In this document: positions 43,251-56,236 of the stretch, piece after piece
Numbering within the stretch: the first letter of the stretch is position 1
How the letters are laid out: the number at the start of each line of letters is the position of its first letter
Assembly (NCBI GenBank): GCA_965238075.1
Contig: OZ250173.1
Coordinates: 1,120,001-1,184,000 of the forward strand
Direction: 5' to 3'
From: Candidatus Entotheonellaceae bacterium
Lineage (GTDB): Bacteria; Tectomicrobia; Entotheonellia; Entotheonellales; Entotheonellaceae
DNA: 64,000 nt
Program-made: the position numbers and the translations under genes
The notes under the pieces: generated by a model
The model's database searches: none
Told to the model about the DNA's origin: nothing
The model's input: only the letters and a program-made list of their open reading frames with translations

Positions 43251-44450
43251 TCAGGGCGCCGGCACCTTGCTCAGGGCCGCGTCGAGAATGCCGATGGCCT
43301 CATCGATTTCCGCCCGGCTGGTGGTCAGCGGCGGCATGAACCGCAGGGTGTTGGGTCGCACCGCGTTGAGCAGCAGACCGTTGGCGACGGTTTCGGCGAT
43401 CACCGCCCCGGCGCGATTATCAGCCAACTCAAGCGCCAGCAGCATGCCCATGCCGCGCACGTCGGTGACCACGTCGTGCTTCGCCTGCAACTCCTCCAGT
43501 CTGGCTTTGAGATACGCGCCGGCCTCCGCGCCCTTGGCCGACCAGTTCTCGTCAACGACGACCTTGGCGCCAGCCGCACCGGCCGCCGTGGTCAGGGCAT
43601 TGCCGCCGAAGGTGGAGCCGTGGTCGCCGGGCTCCAACACGGCAACTTCCTGCTTGCACAGGAAGGCGCCCAGGGGTGCACCGGCGCCGAGTCCCTTGGC
43701 CATGGTCAGGGCGTCCGGCTCGAAGCCGAACTGCTCATATCCGAACAGGGTGCCGAGCCGCCCCATACCGGTCTGCACCTCGTCCGAGATGAGCAGCAGG
43801 CGCTTCTCATCGCACCAGGCGCGGACCTGCGTGAAATAGTCGGAGTCCGGAACGTTCACGCCGCCCTCACCCTGCACGGGCTCCAGCAGCACCGCACACG
43901 TCTGATCCGTGGTGGCTTCCTTGATCGCGTCCACGTCGTTGTACGGGACATTGACAAACCCCGGCATCAGCGGCCGCCAGTTGTCCTGGTAGTGGGCCTG
44001 TCCGGTCGCCGCCATCATGGCCATGGTGCGCCCGTGAAACGAGTTGTTCGCCGTGATAATCTCATGCGCGCCGTTCAGATGCAGCTTGCCGTACTTGCGG
44101 GCGAGCTTGCATACCCCCTCGTTGGCCTCCGCCCCGGAGTTGCAGAAAAACACCCTGTCCATGCAGGAATTGTCGACCAGAATCTTCGCCAGCTTGAGCT
44201 GCGGGATGGTGTAGAACAGGTTGCTCATCTGCAAGATCATACCGGCCTGTTCCTGGATGGCTGCTGTAACCTCGGGGTGTGAATGCCCGACATTGAGCAC
44301 CGCCCAGCCGGCGGTGAAATCCAGGTAGCCCTTGCCCTCCGTGTCGTACACATACGTGCCTTGCGCGCGTTCGAGGACCATTGGCATGCGGCGTACCACC
44401 TGCATATAGTAGTCGGCCTCGACCTGCTTCCACTGCTCACCGGTTGTCAT
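43251..44450 (-). CDS. argD: Acetylornithine aminotransferase
   Basis: NSGAEANE, SFHGRT, EPVQGEGG, DEVQTGMGR, AKGLG and HGSTFGGN motifs. Confidence 0.88.
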   Translation of the reverse strand: MTTGEQWKQVEADYYMQVVRRMPMVLERAQGTYVYDTEGKGYLDFTAGWAVLNVGHSHPEVTAAIQEQAGMILQMSNLFYTIPQLKLAKILVDNSCMDRVFFCNSGAEANEGVCKLARKYGKLHLNGAHEIITANNSFHGRTMAMMAATGQAHYQDNWRPLMPGFVNVPYNDVDAIKEATTDQTCAVLLEPVQGEGGVNVPDSDYFTQVRAWCDEKRLLLISDEVQTGMGRLGTLFGYEQFGFEPDALTMAKGLGAGAPLGAFLCKQEVAVLEPGDHGSTFGGNALTTAAGAAGAKVVVDENWSAKGAEAGAYLKARLEELQAKHDVVTDVRGMGMLLALELADNRAGAVIAETVANGLLLNAVRPNTLRFMPPLTTSRAEIDEAIGILDAALSKVPAP

Positions 44451-44667
44451 GTGATCTCTCCTGTTGGCTTATCGCCGGGTAGGTGTGACGAGACACGGCC
44501 TCGCTGCGTCTGACCGACACCGTGCCTGGACTGCAATGCTGCGCAGGACGCGCCGTGAGGCTCTCCGAACGGGGGGGAATCATGCGCACGACGATTTGCA
44601 GGTGTAGGCGCATAGGGTACATGCGGGTGTGCACCGTTGCAAGGCGGTCGCGGGGCGAGCGGAGGCG

Positions 44668-45339
44668 TTACGATCCGGCATCGAGCGGTTGACCGTTCCA
44701 GCCTTCATGCCGGGCAAAATCCGACACCGGCTTGCGGCGCAGCCGGGTAAGCCGTCTGACCGGCTGACCCAATGGGACGACGGCGCTGACGGCAACGTGC
44801 GGCGGGATATTCAGCAACTCCTGCACCTTGGCTTCTTGGGCGACGGCCAACGTCGTAATCGTGCCGCCGTATCCCTCGTGCCGGGCCGCCAACAGGATGT
44901 TCCAGACGAAGGGATAGATCGACGCCCCGCTGATCACCCCCACCCGGTCGAGATACTGGTCCGTGGACGCCACCACCCGGAGGTCCACGCACACCACCAG
45001 CACCACGGGCGCCTGTATGAACGACTCCCGCAGCCGCGCCGGAGCGGAGGTGCCCTCGATGGTTGCCGCATCGACGCTCGTGGGCGACACCGAATTCCAC
45101 GGACTCTCGCCGGCAAGCTGCTGGGCGGCGTACCGCTTGGCCGCCGGTTCGCCCAATGCCGCCAGCGCTTCACGGGTTTGCTGCTGGCGCACGATCAGCA
45201 CGTGCCATCCCTGGCGGTTGCCGCCGCTGGAAGCAAAACGGGCGTTGTCGAGAATCGTGTAAAGCGTCTCGTCCGACACCGGCGCGTCGGTAAATTCCCG
45301 AGCGGAAAACGTCGTGCGCATCACCTCATACAATTCCAT
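44668..45339 (-). CDS. Nitroreductase family protein
   Basis: SAREF, ASSGGNRQGW and NILLAARHEGYGG motifs. Confidence 0.88.
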   Translation of the reverse strand: MELYEVMRTTFSAREFTDAPVSDETLYTILDNARFASSGGNRQGWHVLIVRQQQTREALAALGEPAAKRYAAQQLAGESPWNSVSPTSVDAATIEGTSAPARLRESFIQAPVVLVVCVDLRVVASTDQYLDRVGVISGASIYPFVWNILLAARHEGYGGTITTLAVAQEAKVQELLNIPPHVAVSAVVPLGQPVRRLTRLRRKPVSDFARHEGWNGQPLDAGS

Positions 45340-45379
45340 GCCATCTCCTTCCCAGCCGCTGCCGACCGTGTTGAGGGTC

Positions 45380-47074
<1,695 letters not shown>

Positions 47075-47083
47075 CCACTCTCC

Positions 47084-47248
47084 TTAGTCGGCGTGCACCG
47101 CCGCGCACGCCATCTGCTTCGGCCCCTGGATGGCGTCGCCCGCTGAGAACTCGTTTTCGGCCATGTCGAGAACGTGCGGCGCGGTGTGGATATACTCTTG
47201 TGTCAACGTGATCCGCTCTCCTGACGGCGTTATCTTTACCTCAGGCAT
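47084..47248 (-). CDS. Small hypothetical protein or 3' gene remnant
   Basis: 54-aa ORF whose TAA overlaps the RBS (TAAGGAG) of the acyl-CoA synthetase. Confidence 0.3.
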   Translation of the reverse strand: MPEVKITPSGERITLTQEYIHTAPHVLDMAENEFSAGDAIQGPKQMACAAVHAD

Positions 47249-47487
47249 ACCTGAGAAGCCACGGAAGCGGGCCACACCATACCACAAAGACCGCCTCGGC
47301 GGGCCTGCCCGGTGCGGTGCATCGCAGGCCGTGCTGCGGTTGATATCGGCCCCCCTGCTTTGTATCATCGGCTTCGCTGCCGCCCCGACCGTGCTCCACT
47401 GCGGCGGCGTTCCGGCACGGCACGTGCCGTGCACGTAATTGCAGCGGCTCGGTTGCACATCCCCTGATCCCGATGAGGAAGACGATA

Positions 47488-47973
47488 ATGGCCGTGGAAC
47501 GATTTCCCGTTGAGGCGGGTCACATCATGCTGTTCGCCCGTGCGATTGGCGATACCAACCAGCTCTATCACGACGCGGACTACGCCCGCGGTACGGAGCC
47601 CGGTTCCGTCATCGCGCCACCGACGTTCGTGCAGGCCAGCGCACAGTTTAATCCCGACTACTACCTGCGGCCCAAGCCGGGCCAGCCCTGGTTCGGCTCC
47701 GGCAAAGAGCCCACCGGTGTGACGCGCAGCGAAGGCGGTGCGGGCGGCGGTCTGCACGCCGAGCAGCACTACATCTATCACCGCCATCCCAAGCCGGGCG
47801 ACATGCTCACCGCCACCGCGAAACCCGGCAAGACCTGGGAAAAACAAGGCCGCCGCTCGGGCAAGTTGATCTTTACCGAATCCATCACCGAATACCGCGA
47901 TCAACACGGCGAGCTGGTTGTCACCTCGCGCGGCGTCGGCGTCACCACCGAGCGACCCGTCGATCAGAGCTAG
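47488..47973 (+). CDS. MaoC-like dehydratase N-terminal subunit (HadA-like)
   Basis: FARAIGD, APPTF and LHAEQHY motifs. Confidence 0.85.
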   Translation: MAVERFPVEAGHIMLFARAIGDTNQLYHDADYARGTEPGSVIAPPTFVQASAQFNPDYYLRPKPGQPWFGSGKEPTGVTRSEGGAGGGLHAEQHYIYHRHPKPGDMLTATAKPGKTWEKQGRRSGKLIFTESITEYRDQHGELVVTSRGVGVTTERPVDQS

Positions 47974-47983
47974 GAGAATCCCC

Positions 47984-48406
47984 ATGGCATTGTCAGCAAA
48001 AACGCTCAAGGTCGGCGACACACACCAGGAGATCGTCGTCGACAACCTGACCCGCACCCAACTGGTGCAATACGCCGGCGCCTCCGGCGATTACAACCCC
48101 ATCCACACCGATGAGGTGTACACCACGCAGGTCGCCGGCTACCCCTCCGTGTTTGCCCACGGCATGCTTTCCATGGGCATGACCGGCAAGATGCTGACCA
48201 ATTACGTCGGCGACGGCCGCCTCGCCACCTTCGGCGTCCGCTTCACCCGCCAGGTCTGGCCCGGCGACACCCTGACCGCCACCGCCACCGTGCAGGCCGT
48301 CCGCGAAGAGGACGGTACTCATTTCGTCGATCTCACCGTTTCCACCGTCAACCAGGATGGCACGGAAGTGGCCAGCGGTTACGCCTCCGCCCGCGTTGAT
48401 GCGTAA
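47984..48406 (+). CDS. MaoC dehydratase catalytic subunit (HadB-like)
   Basis: YAGASGDYNPIH and AHGM motifs. Confidence 0.9.
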   Translation: MALSAKTLKVGDTHQEIVVDNLTRTQLVQYAGASGDYNPIHTDEVYTTQVAGYPSVFAHGMLSMGMTGKMLTNYVGDGRLATFGVRFTRQVWPGDTLTATATVQAVREEDGTHFVDLTVSTVNQDGTEVASGYASARVDA

Positions 48407-48470
48407 ACACGGCATAGGCAAGGGGAGCCGTCTCATCCCGAACCTTGCCGAATAAGCGAACGCCGCGACG

Positions 48471-49361
48471 ATGCGCAACCAAGCGAAAGCGCATGCGTAC
48501 GGGCTGACCACCGTGCTGCTGTGGTCCACCGTGGCGACGGCGTTCAAGCTGTCTTTGCGGCACGTGGACCACTTCCAGCTTCTGCTGGTTGCGTGTGTCG
48601 TTTCGATTCTGGTGTTCAGCGTCATCCTCGTCGTACAGGGCCGGTGGCGTCTGGTGCTGTCGTACTCGGGCAGGCAATATGGGCAATCGCTGGCGCTGGG
48701 GGTGCTGAACCCGTTCCTGTATTACCTGGTTCTCTTCAAAGCCTACGATCTGTTGCCGGCGCAGGAGGCGCAGCCGCTGAATTATACCTGGGCGCTGACG
48801 CTGGCCGTTTTGTCCGTTCCGCTGCTGGGGCAACGCATCGGTGTCCGGGAACTACTGGCCGGGATGATCAGCTACAGCGGCGTGGTGGTCATTGCAACCC
48901 GCGGCGACGTGTTCGGCCTGCGCTTCTCGGACCCCGTCGGCGTTGCCTTGGCACTGGGGAGCACCGTCATCTGGGCGCTGTACTGGATTTACAACACCAA
49001 GGACGAACGCGACCCGGTGGCCGGGCTGTGGCTCAACTTCGCGTTCGGATTTCCATTTGTGCTCGCCGCCTGCTGGTTGTTTTCCGACCTGCACGTCGCC
49101 AGCCTGCCGGGCCTGCTGGGCGCCGCCTACGTGGGGCTGTTCGAGATGGGCATCGCCTTCGTGTGTTGGCTGATGGCGCTCAGGCTGGCGACCAACACCG
49201 CGCAAGTCGGCTACCTCATCTTTATCTCGCCATTTCTTTCCCTGCTGTTTATCAACCTGTTGGTCGGCGAGGTCATTCGCGGCGCCACGCTTGCGGGCTT
49301 AGGGCTGATCGTCGTTGGGCTCGTCCTGCAGCATGCGGCAAGGCGCCGGCGCTTGACGTAA
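48471..49361 (+). CDS. DMT/EamA family transporter
   Basis: About 10 hydrophobic segments in two EamA repeats. Confidence 0.85.
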   Translation: MRNQAKAHAYGLTTVLLWSTVATAFKLSLRHVDHFQLLLVACVVSILVFSVILVVQGRWRLVLSYSGRQYGQSLALGVLNPFLYYLVLFKAYDLLPAQEAQPLNYTWALTLAVLSVPLLGQRIGVRELLAGMISYSGVVVIATRGDVFGLRFSDPVGVALALGSTVIWALYWIYNTKDERDPVAGLWLNFAFGFPFVLAACWLFSDLHVASLPGLLGAAYVGLFEMGIAFVCWLMALRLATNTAQVGYLIFISPFLSLLFINLLVGEVIRGATLAGLGLIVVGLVLQHAARRRRLT

Positions 49362-49448
49362 GGCAAGCAGGTTGGTTAGAGTGCTTGGCTACCACTCAAT
49401 GAGGGCATCGCGCCGCTTCCAGTGCCTGACTTTAAGGAGCCTCATAAC

Positions 49449-50696
49449 ATGTCCCTGCCTTTGCAAACGCAACCGGCCCTCGACGTCGAGGCCCTGCGGG
49501 GCGATTTTCCGATTCTCAGCCGCACCATCCACGACCACCCGCTGGTCTATCTCGATAGCGCCTCATCGTCCCAGAAACCGAACGCTGTCATCGACGCCGT
49601 CAGTCGTTACTACCAGGAATCCCACGCCAACATCCACCGCGGCGTCTATGTCTTGAGCGAAGAGGCCACCATCGCCTACGAACAGGCGCACGTGCGCGTC
49701 GCCGACTTCATCAATGCCGACTTCGAAGAAATGATCTTCACCAAAAACACCACTGAGGCGCTCAACCTCGTGGCCTACGCTTGGGGGCTGTCCAACCTGC
49801 AAGCCGGCGACGAAGTGGTCCTTACGCCCCTGGAACATCACAGCAACCTGGTGCCCTGGCAACAGGTTGCCAAACGCACTGGCGCCGCCATTCGGTACAT
49901 TCGGCTGACCACCGATGGCCGTCTGGACATGGAGCACGCCGCCGAGATCATCGGGCCGCGCACCAAGCTGGTCTCCGTCGCCCAGGTATCGAACGTGCTA
50001 GGCACCGTCAACCCCGTCGCCGAGCTCGGCCGCATGGCGCACGCCCACGGCGCCCTGATCTGCGTCGACGGCGCCCAGAGTATCCCCCACATGGCCATCG
50101 ACGTGCGCGTCATGGACTGCGACTTCTTTGCCTTTTCAGGTCACAAGATGCTGGGCCCCACCGGCATCGGCGGCCTCTACGGCAGGCGCCGCATCCTGGA
50201 ACAAATGGAGCCCTTCCTGTTCGGCGGCGACATGATCAGCGAGGTCACCCTGGAGGACGCAAGCTGGAACGAATTGCCCTGGAAATTCGAGGCCGGCACG
50301 CCACCCATCGCACAAGGCATCGGCCTGGCGGCGGCGGTCGAGTATCTGCAAGGCGTCGGCATGGAGGCGGTGCGGGCACACGAGCATACCCTGGTTCGTT
50401 ACGCCCTGGAGCAGATGCGGGAGGTGCGCGACCTGGACATCTACGGCCCTGAGGCCGATGACCGCGGTGGCGTTATTTCCTTTAACCTCGACAGCCTGCA
50501 CCCGCATGACATCGCCTCGATTCTGGACCAGCACGGCGTCGCCATTCGCGGCGGCCACCACTGCGCCATGCCGCTCATGCGCACCCTCGGGCTCAACAGC
50601 ACCTGTCGGGCGAGCTTTTACGTCTACAACACTATCGAGGAGATCAACGTCCTCGTCGAAGCCATTGGCGCAGCCAGGAGGTTGTTAAGGCGATGA
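49449..50696 (+). CDS. sufS: Cysteine desulfurase SufS
   Basis: YLDSASSSQKP, EHHSN, DGAQ, SGHKM and RGGHHCA (group II) motifs. Confidence 0.95.
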   Translation: MSLPLQTQPALDVEALRGDFPILSRTIHDHPLVYLDSASSSQKPNAVIDAVSRYYQESHANIHRGVYVLSEEATIAYEQAHVRVADFINADFEEMIFTKNTTEALNLVAYAWGLSNLQAGDEVVLTPLEHHSNLVPWQQVAKRTGAAIRYIRLTTDGRLDMEHAAEIIGPRTKLVSVAQVSNVLGTVNPVAELGRMAHAHGALICVDGAQSIPHMAIDVRVMDCDFFAFSGHKMLGPTGIGGLYGRRRILEQMEPFLFGGDMISEVTLEDASWNELPWKFEAGTPPIAQGIGLAAAVEYLQGVGMEAVRAHEHTLVRYALEQMREVRDLDIYGPEADDRGGVISFNLDSLHPHDIASILDQHGVAIRGGHHCAMPLMRTLGLNSTCRASFYVYNTIEEINVLVEAIGAARRLLRR

Positions 50697-51085
50697 GTTT
50701 CAACATGTACCAGGAAAACATCCTGGATCATTACGAGAACCCCTACAACCGCGGCACGCTGCCGCAACCCACCCTGGAATTCCGCGACCTCAACCCGTTG
50801 TGCGGCGACGAGGTATGCGTTGAGGCCAGCCTCGACCCGCAAGGCCGCCTGGCCGAAGTGTGCTTCGAGGGCGAAGGCTGCGTCATCAGCCTGGCCGCCG
50901 CTTCCATGCTGATGGAGGCCGTGGAGGGCAAGACGCTGGCGGAAGTCAAGGAGATGGACCGGCAGGACATGCTGGATCTGGTCGGTATTTCGCTCACCAC
51001 CATGCGCATCAAGTGCGCCATGCTGCCGCTGCGCGCGCTCGGCAAAGCCATTCACCAATACGAGGCGCAGGCCGAAGGCAGCTGA
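50693..51085 (+). CDS. sufU: SufU/IscU-type scaffold or sulfur-transfer protein
   Basis: ILDHYENP, NPLCGD, GCVISLAAAS and RIKCA motifs; overlaps sufS. Confidence 0.88.
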   Translation: MSFNMYQENILDHYENPYNRGTLPQPTLEFRDLNPLCGDEVCVEASLDPQGRLAEVCFEGEGCVISLAAASMLMEAVEGKTLAEVKEMDRQDMLDLVGISLTTMRIKCAMLPLRALGKAIHQYEAQAEGS

Positions 51086-51140
51086 ATCGATCCCCTCACC
51101 CCGCTTTGACGGCCTCACATCTGAGGCGTCCCACCGCCGG

Positions 51141-52733
51141 TTACGCGACCGCTTCCGCCTGGGTGCGGTCGAGCCGCCGCGCCATGAGCCACATCATCGG
51201 CAGCGCCGAGAGCAGAAAACACGCACACACAAAGAGAAAACTGTCCCGGAAGCCGGCCGCAATCGCCTCGACGTCGATTTGGCGCTGGATCGTGCGCAAC
51301 GCCATGCTGTTCGCCGCCGAGCCCTCGATACCCTCCTGCGTCAGGGTTTGTTCAAGCTGGCCCAGGGTTTCGTGGTGGTCCGACGCGCCGGCGTCGTACG
51401 TGTCGTACCCCAAAAGCTGATGCCGCACCCGGCGCTGCTCGAAAAACACACTGGTCACGGTCACGCCCAGCGAGGCGCCGATGTTGCGAACCACCCCCAG
51501 CAGACCCTGTCCCATGCGCACTTGACGCGTGCCGAGAATGCGGATATTGAGGGCAGTAATCGGCATGGAGATGCACAGCATGCAGATGCGGTAGAGCATG
51601 ATGTAAATGACCAGTACGCCTACCGTGGTCAGCGCCGTCACCGAGGAAAATACATAGAAGACACTGGTGATCACCACCAGTCCACCGATCACCAGAAGCG
51701 ACGGCGGTAACATGTCGGTGAGACGCCCGATGAGGACCCCTGTCATGGCCGACACGATGAGGGCCGGCACGATGGCCAGCCCGGCGTGCAGCGGCGTCAG
51801 GCCGATCACCTGCTGCAGAAAGATCGGCACCATGAACTGGGCGCCGAACAGCCCCAGGCTGTTGAAGAACGCCGTGGCACAGATGAGGCCGAACGCGGGC
51901 CGCGTGAACAGCCGCAGGTTGACCGCCGGAAAGGCCGCCAGCAACTCGCGCAGGACGAAACAGCCGCCGCCCAGCAGCGCGCCCAACCCCAGCAACACAA
52001 GCATCGACGTCTCCGCGTCCGCCCGGCGCCCCAGGCTGATGAGCAGCAGCAGGGGAACCAGAAAGCCGCCCAGGCTCAGCAGACCGGGGTAATCGACCGG
52101 CTCGCCCCGGTACTCCTCCCGGTGCTGCGGAAGCATCAGCCAGCCCAGTACCGCCGCCAGTACGCCGGTCGGGATGCCCAGCAGAAACAGCACCCGCCAC
52201 GACAGCCGTTCCATCAGGTAGCCGCCCGCCGTAAACGAGACGATCTGCCCCGCCGACCCGCCAATCGAGCGCAGCCCGAGCGCCGTCCCCCTTTGTCGCG
52301 CCGGAAACGTCTGCACCAGGATGACGGCGGTCAGCCCCTCCATCGGTCCGGTGGCGCAGCCCTGTATCAGCCGGCAGAGGATCAGGATCGGCAAATTCGG
52401 CGCCAAGCTGCAACCCAGGCTGGCGATGACGAACGTCACCAGCATGGCGACGAACAGGTTGCGGTTGCCCATCACGCTGCCAAGCCAACCGAGGATCGGC
52501 GTGACCAGGGTTCGGGTAATCAGGAAGCTGGTGATGACCCATTGGGCGGTGGCGAGGTCAGTGCCGAAGGCGGCCATGAGGCGGGGGATGGCGAGGTTGA
52601 CGCTGTTTCCGGCAAACGTTTGCGTGACGCCGGCCAGCAAAATGATGCCGGCCACCAACCACTTGTAGGAAGGCGCCCGCGTGTCGAGCCCCATGACCGT
52701 ATATTGCGGCGCGGGTTGGGCACTCTCAGCCAT
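51141..52733 (-). CDS. MFS DHA2 (EmrB/QacA-like) transporter
   Basis: About 14 TM segments, VNLAIPRL, WVITSFL and CRLIQG motifs. Confidence 0.9.
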   Translation of the reverse strand: MAESAQPAPQYTVMGLDTRAPSYKWLVAGIILLAGVTQTFAGNSVNLAIPRLMAAFGTDLATAQWVITSFLITRTLVTPILGWLGSVMGNRNLFVAMLVTFVIASLGCSLAPNLPILILCRLIQGCATGPMEGLTAVILVQTFPARQRGTALGLRSIGGSAGQIVSFTAGGYLMERLSWRVLFLLGIPTGVLAAVLGWLMLPQHREEYRGEPVDYPGLLSLGGFLVPLLLLISLGRRADAETSMLVLLGLGALLGGGCFVLRELLAAFPAVNLRLFTRPAFGLICATAFFNSLGLFGAQFMVPIFLQQVIGLTPLHAGLAIVPALIVSAMTGVLIGRLTDMLPPSLLVIGGLVVITSVFYVFSSVTALTTVGVLVIYIMLYRICMLCISMPITALNIRILGTRQVRMGQGLLGVVRNIGASLGVTVTSVFFEQRRVRHQLLGYDTYDAGASDHHETLGQLEQTLTQEGIEGSAANSMALRTIQRQIDVEAIAAGFRDSFLFVCACFLLSALPMMWLMARRLDRTQAEAVA

Positions 52734-52763
52734 CGGGCTCCTTGGTTGCGGTCCGGGCGGCGG

Positions 52764-53540
52764 TTACGCTCCCAGGATGTGGTAGCCGCCGTCGACGAAA
52801 TGCACCGTGCCGGTCACGCCGCTGGCGAGATCGCTGCACAGGTAGAGGGCTGCCTTGCCCACTTCCTCGGCGGTGACGTTGCGGCGCAGGGGGGATTTTT
52901 CGGCGTGTTGCTTGAGCATGCCGGTAAAGCCGCTGATGGCTCGCGCCGAGGCGGTGCGCACCGGCCCTGCGGAAATGGCGTTGACGCGGATGCCCAGCGG
53001 CCCCAGGTCGCTCGCCAGGTAGCGCACGCTGTTCTCCAGGGCGGCCTTGGCCAGCGCCATGACGTTGTAGTTGGGCACCACCCGCTCGCTGGCCATGTAG
53101 GTGAGGGTGAGGATGCTGCTGTCGCCGGCCGGCATCAGCGGCGTCGCTCGCTGCGCCACACCGATCAGCGAGTAGGCGCTGATGTCCAGCGCGGTATGGA
53201 AGCCGCCACGCGAGATGTTGCGAAACGGCCCTTGCAACTCACTGCGGTCGGCGAAGGCAATGCAGTGAATCAGGTAGTTGAGGCTGCCGAACTCGTTCTT
53301 GAGGCGTTCGAACACCGCCTCGACCTGCGCGTCGTCGGTCAACTCGCATGCCAGCGGCAGCACGCCCGGCCAGTCGCCGGTAAGTTTCAGCACCTGGTCG
53401 GCAACCCGCTCGTTCTGGTACGTGACCGCCAGTCGCGCGCCATGCGCCTGCAGCAGCGATCCAATGGCATAGGCAATAGACCAGCGATTGGCAATGCCCA
53501 GCACCAGGGCTGTCTTGCCGCTCAGGTCGAGAACATTCAT
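52764..53540 (-). CDS. fabI: Enoyl-ACP reductase
   Basis: GIANRWSIA, YNVMALAKAALE and NAISAGPVRT motifs. Confidence 0.95.
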   Translation of the reverse strand: MNVLDLSGKTALVLGIANRWSIAYAIGSLLQAHGARLAVTYQNERVADQVLKLTGDWPGVLPLACELTDDAQVEAVFERLKNEFGSLNYLIHCIAFADRSELQGPFRNISRGGFHTALDISAYSLIGVAQRATPLMPAGDSSILTLTYMASERVVPNYNVMALAKAALENSVRYLASDLGPLGIRVNAISAGPVRTASARAISGFTGMLKQHAEKSPLRRNVTAEEVGKAALYLCSDLASGVTGTVHFVDGGYHILGA

Positions 53541-53724
53541 CGGGATTTTCCTTGCATGATGGATGGCGGAAAGCAGGTTATTGAAGTGACTATAGAGAGG
53601 AAGCCGCCGCGGGTCAACCGCCGCCGCGCCGCCGTGTATTTGGCCGGGATATCTGGTACACTGCAAGCGTCATTCGCCGGCAACAGCCGGCCCTTTCCGC
53701 CTGACAACAACCGGTAACGGACCC

Positions 53725-54450
53725 ATGCCAGCAAATCCGTACAACCAACCGATCAAGGACTGGCCGGAGGACGAACGCCCCCGCGAGCGCTTGCTGCAGT
53801 TCGGCGAGGCCAGCCTCTCCGAAGCCCAACTGCTGGCCATTGTGCTGCGCACCGGCGATCCTGCCAGCAAGGCCAACGCCGTTGACGTGGCACGCGGCCT
53901 GCTCGATTCGTTCAACAACGACCTCTCGGCCATCAGCAACGCCACGGTCGCCGAGTTGAGCCAGGCGCGGGGCATTGGGCCTGCCAAGGCGTGCGAGATC
54001 AAGGCCGCCTTCGAGCTCGGCCTGCGCCGGCTGCAAAAGCAAGGCGGCCCCTTTCAGCAGCAACAATTCCGCTGCAGCGAGGACGTGGCCAATTTCTACA
54101 TGCCCCGATTCGCCGACAAGAAGCGCGAGCAGTTTCAAGTCCTCATGCTCGACCGCAAGAACCGTTTCATGCGGGATGTGATGATCTCGCAGGGGTCGCT
54201 CGACGCCAGTGTGGTACACCCGCGCGAGGTGTTCAATACCGCCATCCGGGATTCCGCCGCCGCCATCATCTGCGTACATAACCATCCCAGCGGCGACCCG
54301 CAGCCCAGCCCGGAGGACCGCGCCCTGACTCGCCGCCTGCTCGACGCCGGCGAGACGATCGGCATTCCCGTGCTGGACCATATTATTGTCGGACGCAATT
54401 GTTACGTGAGTTTCAAAGATGAGGGGTGGCTGACGAGTGGATGCGGATAA
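53725..54450 (+). CDS. radC: RadC (JAB domain) protein
   Basis: [27 protein letters not shown] and LDHIIV motifs. Confidence 0.95.
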   Translation: MPANPYNQPIKDWPEDERPRERLLQFGEASLSEAQLLAIVLRTGDPASKANAVDVARGLLDSFNNDLSAISNATVAELSQARGIGPAKACEIKAAFELGLRRLQKQGGPFQQQQFRCSEDVANFYMPRFADKKREQFQVLMLDRKNRFMRDVMISQGSLDASVVHPREVFNTAIRDSAAAIICVHNHPSGDPQPSPEDRALTRRLLDAGETIGIPVLDHIIVGRNCYVSFKDEGWLTSGCG

Positions 54451-55849
54451 GCTTCACGACGAATGTGCCATCGTCGGCGTATACGGCCCGACCGAGGCCG
54501 CCAAGCTGACCTATCTGGGGCTTTACGCGCTGCAGCATCGCGGGCAGGAAAGCACCGGCATCGTATCTTCGGACGGCGAGACCATGCATGCCGAAGTGGG
54601 CATGGGGCGCGTCAACGACGTGTTTACCGAAGACCGCTTGACGCGGCTGCCGGGACGCTTGGCGATTGGCCACAACCGGTACGCCACCACCGGCGTATCC
54701 AACCTGCGTAACGCCCAGCCGCTGTTCGTCGATTACGCCCGCGGCTCAGTGGCCATCGCCCACAACGGCAACCTCGTCAACGCCGCCCGCATGCGCACCA
54801 GCCTGGAGGCCGACGGTTCCATCTTCCGATCCACCAGCGACACCGAGGTCATCCTGCACCTCATGGCGCGCTCGCAGGCCGGGCACCTGTTGGATAGCGT
54901 CGTCGAGGCGCTGCAACAGGTCCAGGGCGCCTATTCGCTGCTGATCATGAACCCCCACGAAATCATCGCGGTGCGCGACCCGTACGGCTTCCGGCCTCTG
55001 TGCCTCGGACGGCTGCAGAGCGGCCATGTGGTGGCGTCGGAGACCTGCGCCCTCGACCTCATCGAGGCGACGTACGTACGCGACGTGCAGCCGGGCGAAC
55101 TGGTGCGTATCTCGCAGGACGGCGTGCAGTCCTACTTCCCCTTTCCCACCCGGCCGCCCCAGCATTGCGTGTTCGAGCTTATCTACTTTGCCCGCCCCGA
55201 CAGCCAGGTGTTCGGGCACAACGTCTACCTCACCCGCAAGGCGTTTGGCCGTCAACTGGCCCGCGAGGCGCCGGTCGACGCCGACGTGGTGATCCCGGTG
55301 CCCGATTCCGGCTTGCCCGCGGCGCTCGGTTACGCCGAGGAGGCGGGCCTCCCGTTCGATACCGGCCTCATCCGCAACCACTACGTGGGCCGCACGTTCA
55401 TCGAGCCGCAACAGGCCATCCGGAACTTTGGCGTCAAGATCAAGCTCAACACCATTCACGGCTTGCTGGAAGGCAAGCGCGTCGTCATTGTCGACGATTC
55501 GATCGTGCGCGGCACCACCAGCAAGAAGCTCGTGAGCATGCTCCGGCAGGCGGGCGCGAAGGAGGTGCACATGCGCATCAGCTCGCCGCCCATCACGCAT
55601 CCGTGTCTCTACGGCATCGACACGCCGACGCATGAGGAGTTGATCGCCTCAAGCTACTCGGTCGAGAATATCTGCAGCTATTTCCAGGCCGACAGCCTGG
55701 CCTATCTCAGTCATGAAGGCATGATGGAGGTGGCGCGCCAGCAGGAGAAGGGCTATTGCAGTGCCTGCTTCACGGGCCAGTATCCCGTGCACGTGCCGTG
55801 GCGGGACGACCTGCACCAGCTAGCTCTTTTCGACAAGCAGGGCTTCTGA
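54437..55849 (+). CDS. purF: Amidophosphoribosyltransferase
   Basis: Propeptide ending [20 protein letters not shown] and CSAC Fe-S ligands. Confidence 0.97.
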   Translation: MDADKLHDECAIVGVYGPTEAAKLTYLGLYALQHRGQESTGIVSSDGETMHAEVGMGRVNDVFTEDRLTRLPGRLAIGHNRYATTGVSNLRNAQPLFVDYARGSVAIAHNGNLVNAARMRTSLEADGSIFRSTSDTEVILHLMARSQAGHLLDSVVEALQQVQGAYSLLIMNPHEIIAVRDPYGFRPLCLGRLQSGHVVASETCALDLIEATYVRDVQPGELVRISQDGVQSYFPFPTRPPQHCVFELIYFARPDSQVFGHNVYLTRKAFGRQLAREAPVDADVVIPVPDSGLPAALGYAEEAGLPFDTGLIRNHYVGRTFIEPQQAIRNFGVKIKLNTIHGLLEGKRVVIVDDSIVRGTTSKKLVSMLRQAGAKEVHMRISSPPITHPCLYGIDTPTHEELIASSYSVENICSYFQADSLAYLSHEGMMEVARQQEKGYCSACFTGQYPVHVPWRDDLHQLALFDKQGF

Positions 55850-56227
55850 CGTTGCCTGTGGGTTGGAGGAGGCGGGAAGTTCCGGGACGGCAAGCTGGTC
55901 GGCGTGTCCCCACAAGCGTTCGAGGCCGTAAAATTCTCGCGTTTCGGGATCGAACACGTGTACGACCAGATCCACGTAATCGATCAAAATCCACGAGCCG
56001 GTTTGATACCCCTCCATGGCCCGCGGCACCTCTCCACTCTTGCGCAGTTGTTCATCCACCGCATCCGCGATGGCCTTGACCTGACGGTCGGACCGCCCTT
56101 GGCAGATGACAAAGCGGTCGGCGATGGACGAGTGCGGCGTCATGTCGAGCACCACGATATCGTCGGCCTGCCGGCTGTCGGCAGCCAAGGCGCAAATGCG
56201 GGTTCGTTCGTCCAACGATAGGTCCAT
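55820..56227 (-). CDS. rsfS: Ribosome silencing factor
   Basis: [22 protein letters not shown] and [10 protein letters not shown] motifs. Confidence 0.93.
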   Translation of the reverse strand: MDLSLDERTRICALAADSRQADDIVVLDMTPHSSIADRFVICQGRSDRQVKAIADAVDEQLRKSGEVPRAMEGYQTGSWILIDYVDLVVHVFDPETREFYGLERLWGHADQLAVPELPASSNPQATSEALLVEKS

Positions 56228-56236
56228 GCCGTCTCC

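Noticed and set aside
53725-54450. radC as a marker of a mobile element
   Set aside because: Full-length chromosomal type overlapping purF, with no integrase nearby
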